NCBI GenBank assembly: GCA_977016875.1
Contig: CDRNST010000020.1
Coordinates: 5,022,001 to 5,086,000 of the forward strand
Source of the DNA: Pavona decussata
Taxonomy: Eukaryota
DNA length: 64,000 bases
Direction: 5' to 3'
Shown here: positions 63,679 through 64,000 of the stretch, one piece after another
How the letters are laid out: each line of letters begins with the position of its first letter
How positions within the stretch are numbered: the first letter of the stretch is position 1
The notes under the pieces: model-generated
Databases searched by the model: none
Seen by the model: the letters and a program-made list of their open reading frames with translations, nothing else
Told to the model about the DNA's origin: nothing
Translations under genes and position numbers: made by a program

Positions 63679-64000
63679 TAAAGACCATAGCGCAGCTGAG
63701 TACAAGACATTGCGTACTTTACACTGAACTATCTGAGGACACGCCCAAAAAGGATGTATTTTTGTTCAACATTTTTTTAGCGGAAATATAACAATAAGAT
63801 TTTACTTAGATAATCACTTTGTTCCAAGCGGGGAAAGAGATTCCTTAGGAAAAAGGTTGAATCAGGTTGGTTTCAGCGGGAAACTCAATTGCAAATTTGA
63901 CGGTCGATTCTCAAACTCATTAATAATTCATCACGCCAAAACAAAGCAAAGCACTACCGTGAAGGAGGTTTAGAAATGTGATCTTAATTATCATAAAATT

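Overview
AT-rich, intron-rich eukaryotic scaffold with five N-gaps. It most resembles a stony coral or other anthozoan (inferred from domain content and repeat families, not from a search). Three multi-exon extracellular-protein genes all lie on the minus strand. (A) 1..7977 is the 5' part of a secreted thrombospondin type-1 repeat (TSR) gene with at least 8 TSRs that runs off the window. (B) 14384..38040 is its complete tandem paralog: signal peptide, 18-nt micro-exon, 16 one-exon-per-domain TSRs and a C-terminal VWA domain with intact MIDAS, about 1161 aa, no membrane anchor. (C) 45378..62791 is the 3' part of a uromodulin-like gene: 2 EGF + 23 calcium-binding EGF exons, ZP module, furin site, TM helix. 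Both repeat arrays consist of symmetric phase-1 exons and show block duplication and dead exons. Best leads: four extra cysteines conserved in TSR2/TSR3 of both paralogs, an intact type I hammerhead ribozyme in a Penelope-like remnant (32973..33017), and a triplicated upstream non-coding block. Introns carry a deleted Gypsy LTR element, an L1/Tx1 fragment, a THAP-bearing DNA transposon, MITEs, tRNA-derived SINEs and microsatellites. Exon coordinates were read by hand and have no transcript support.
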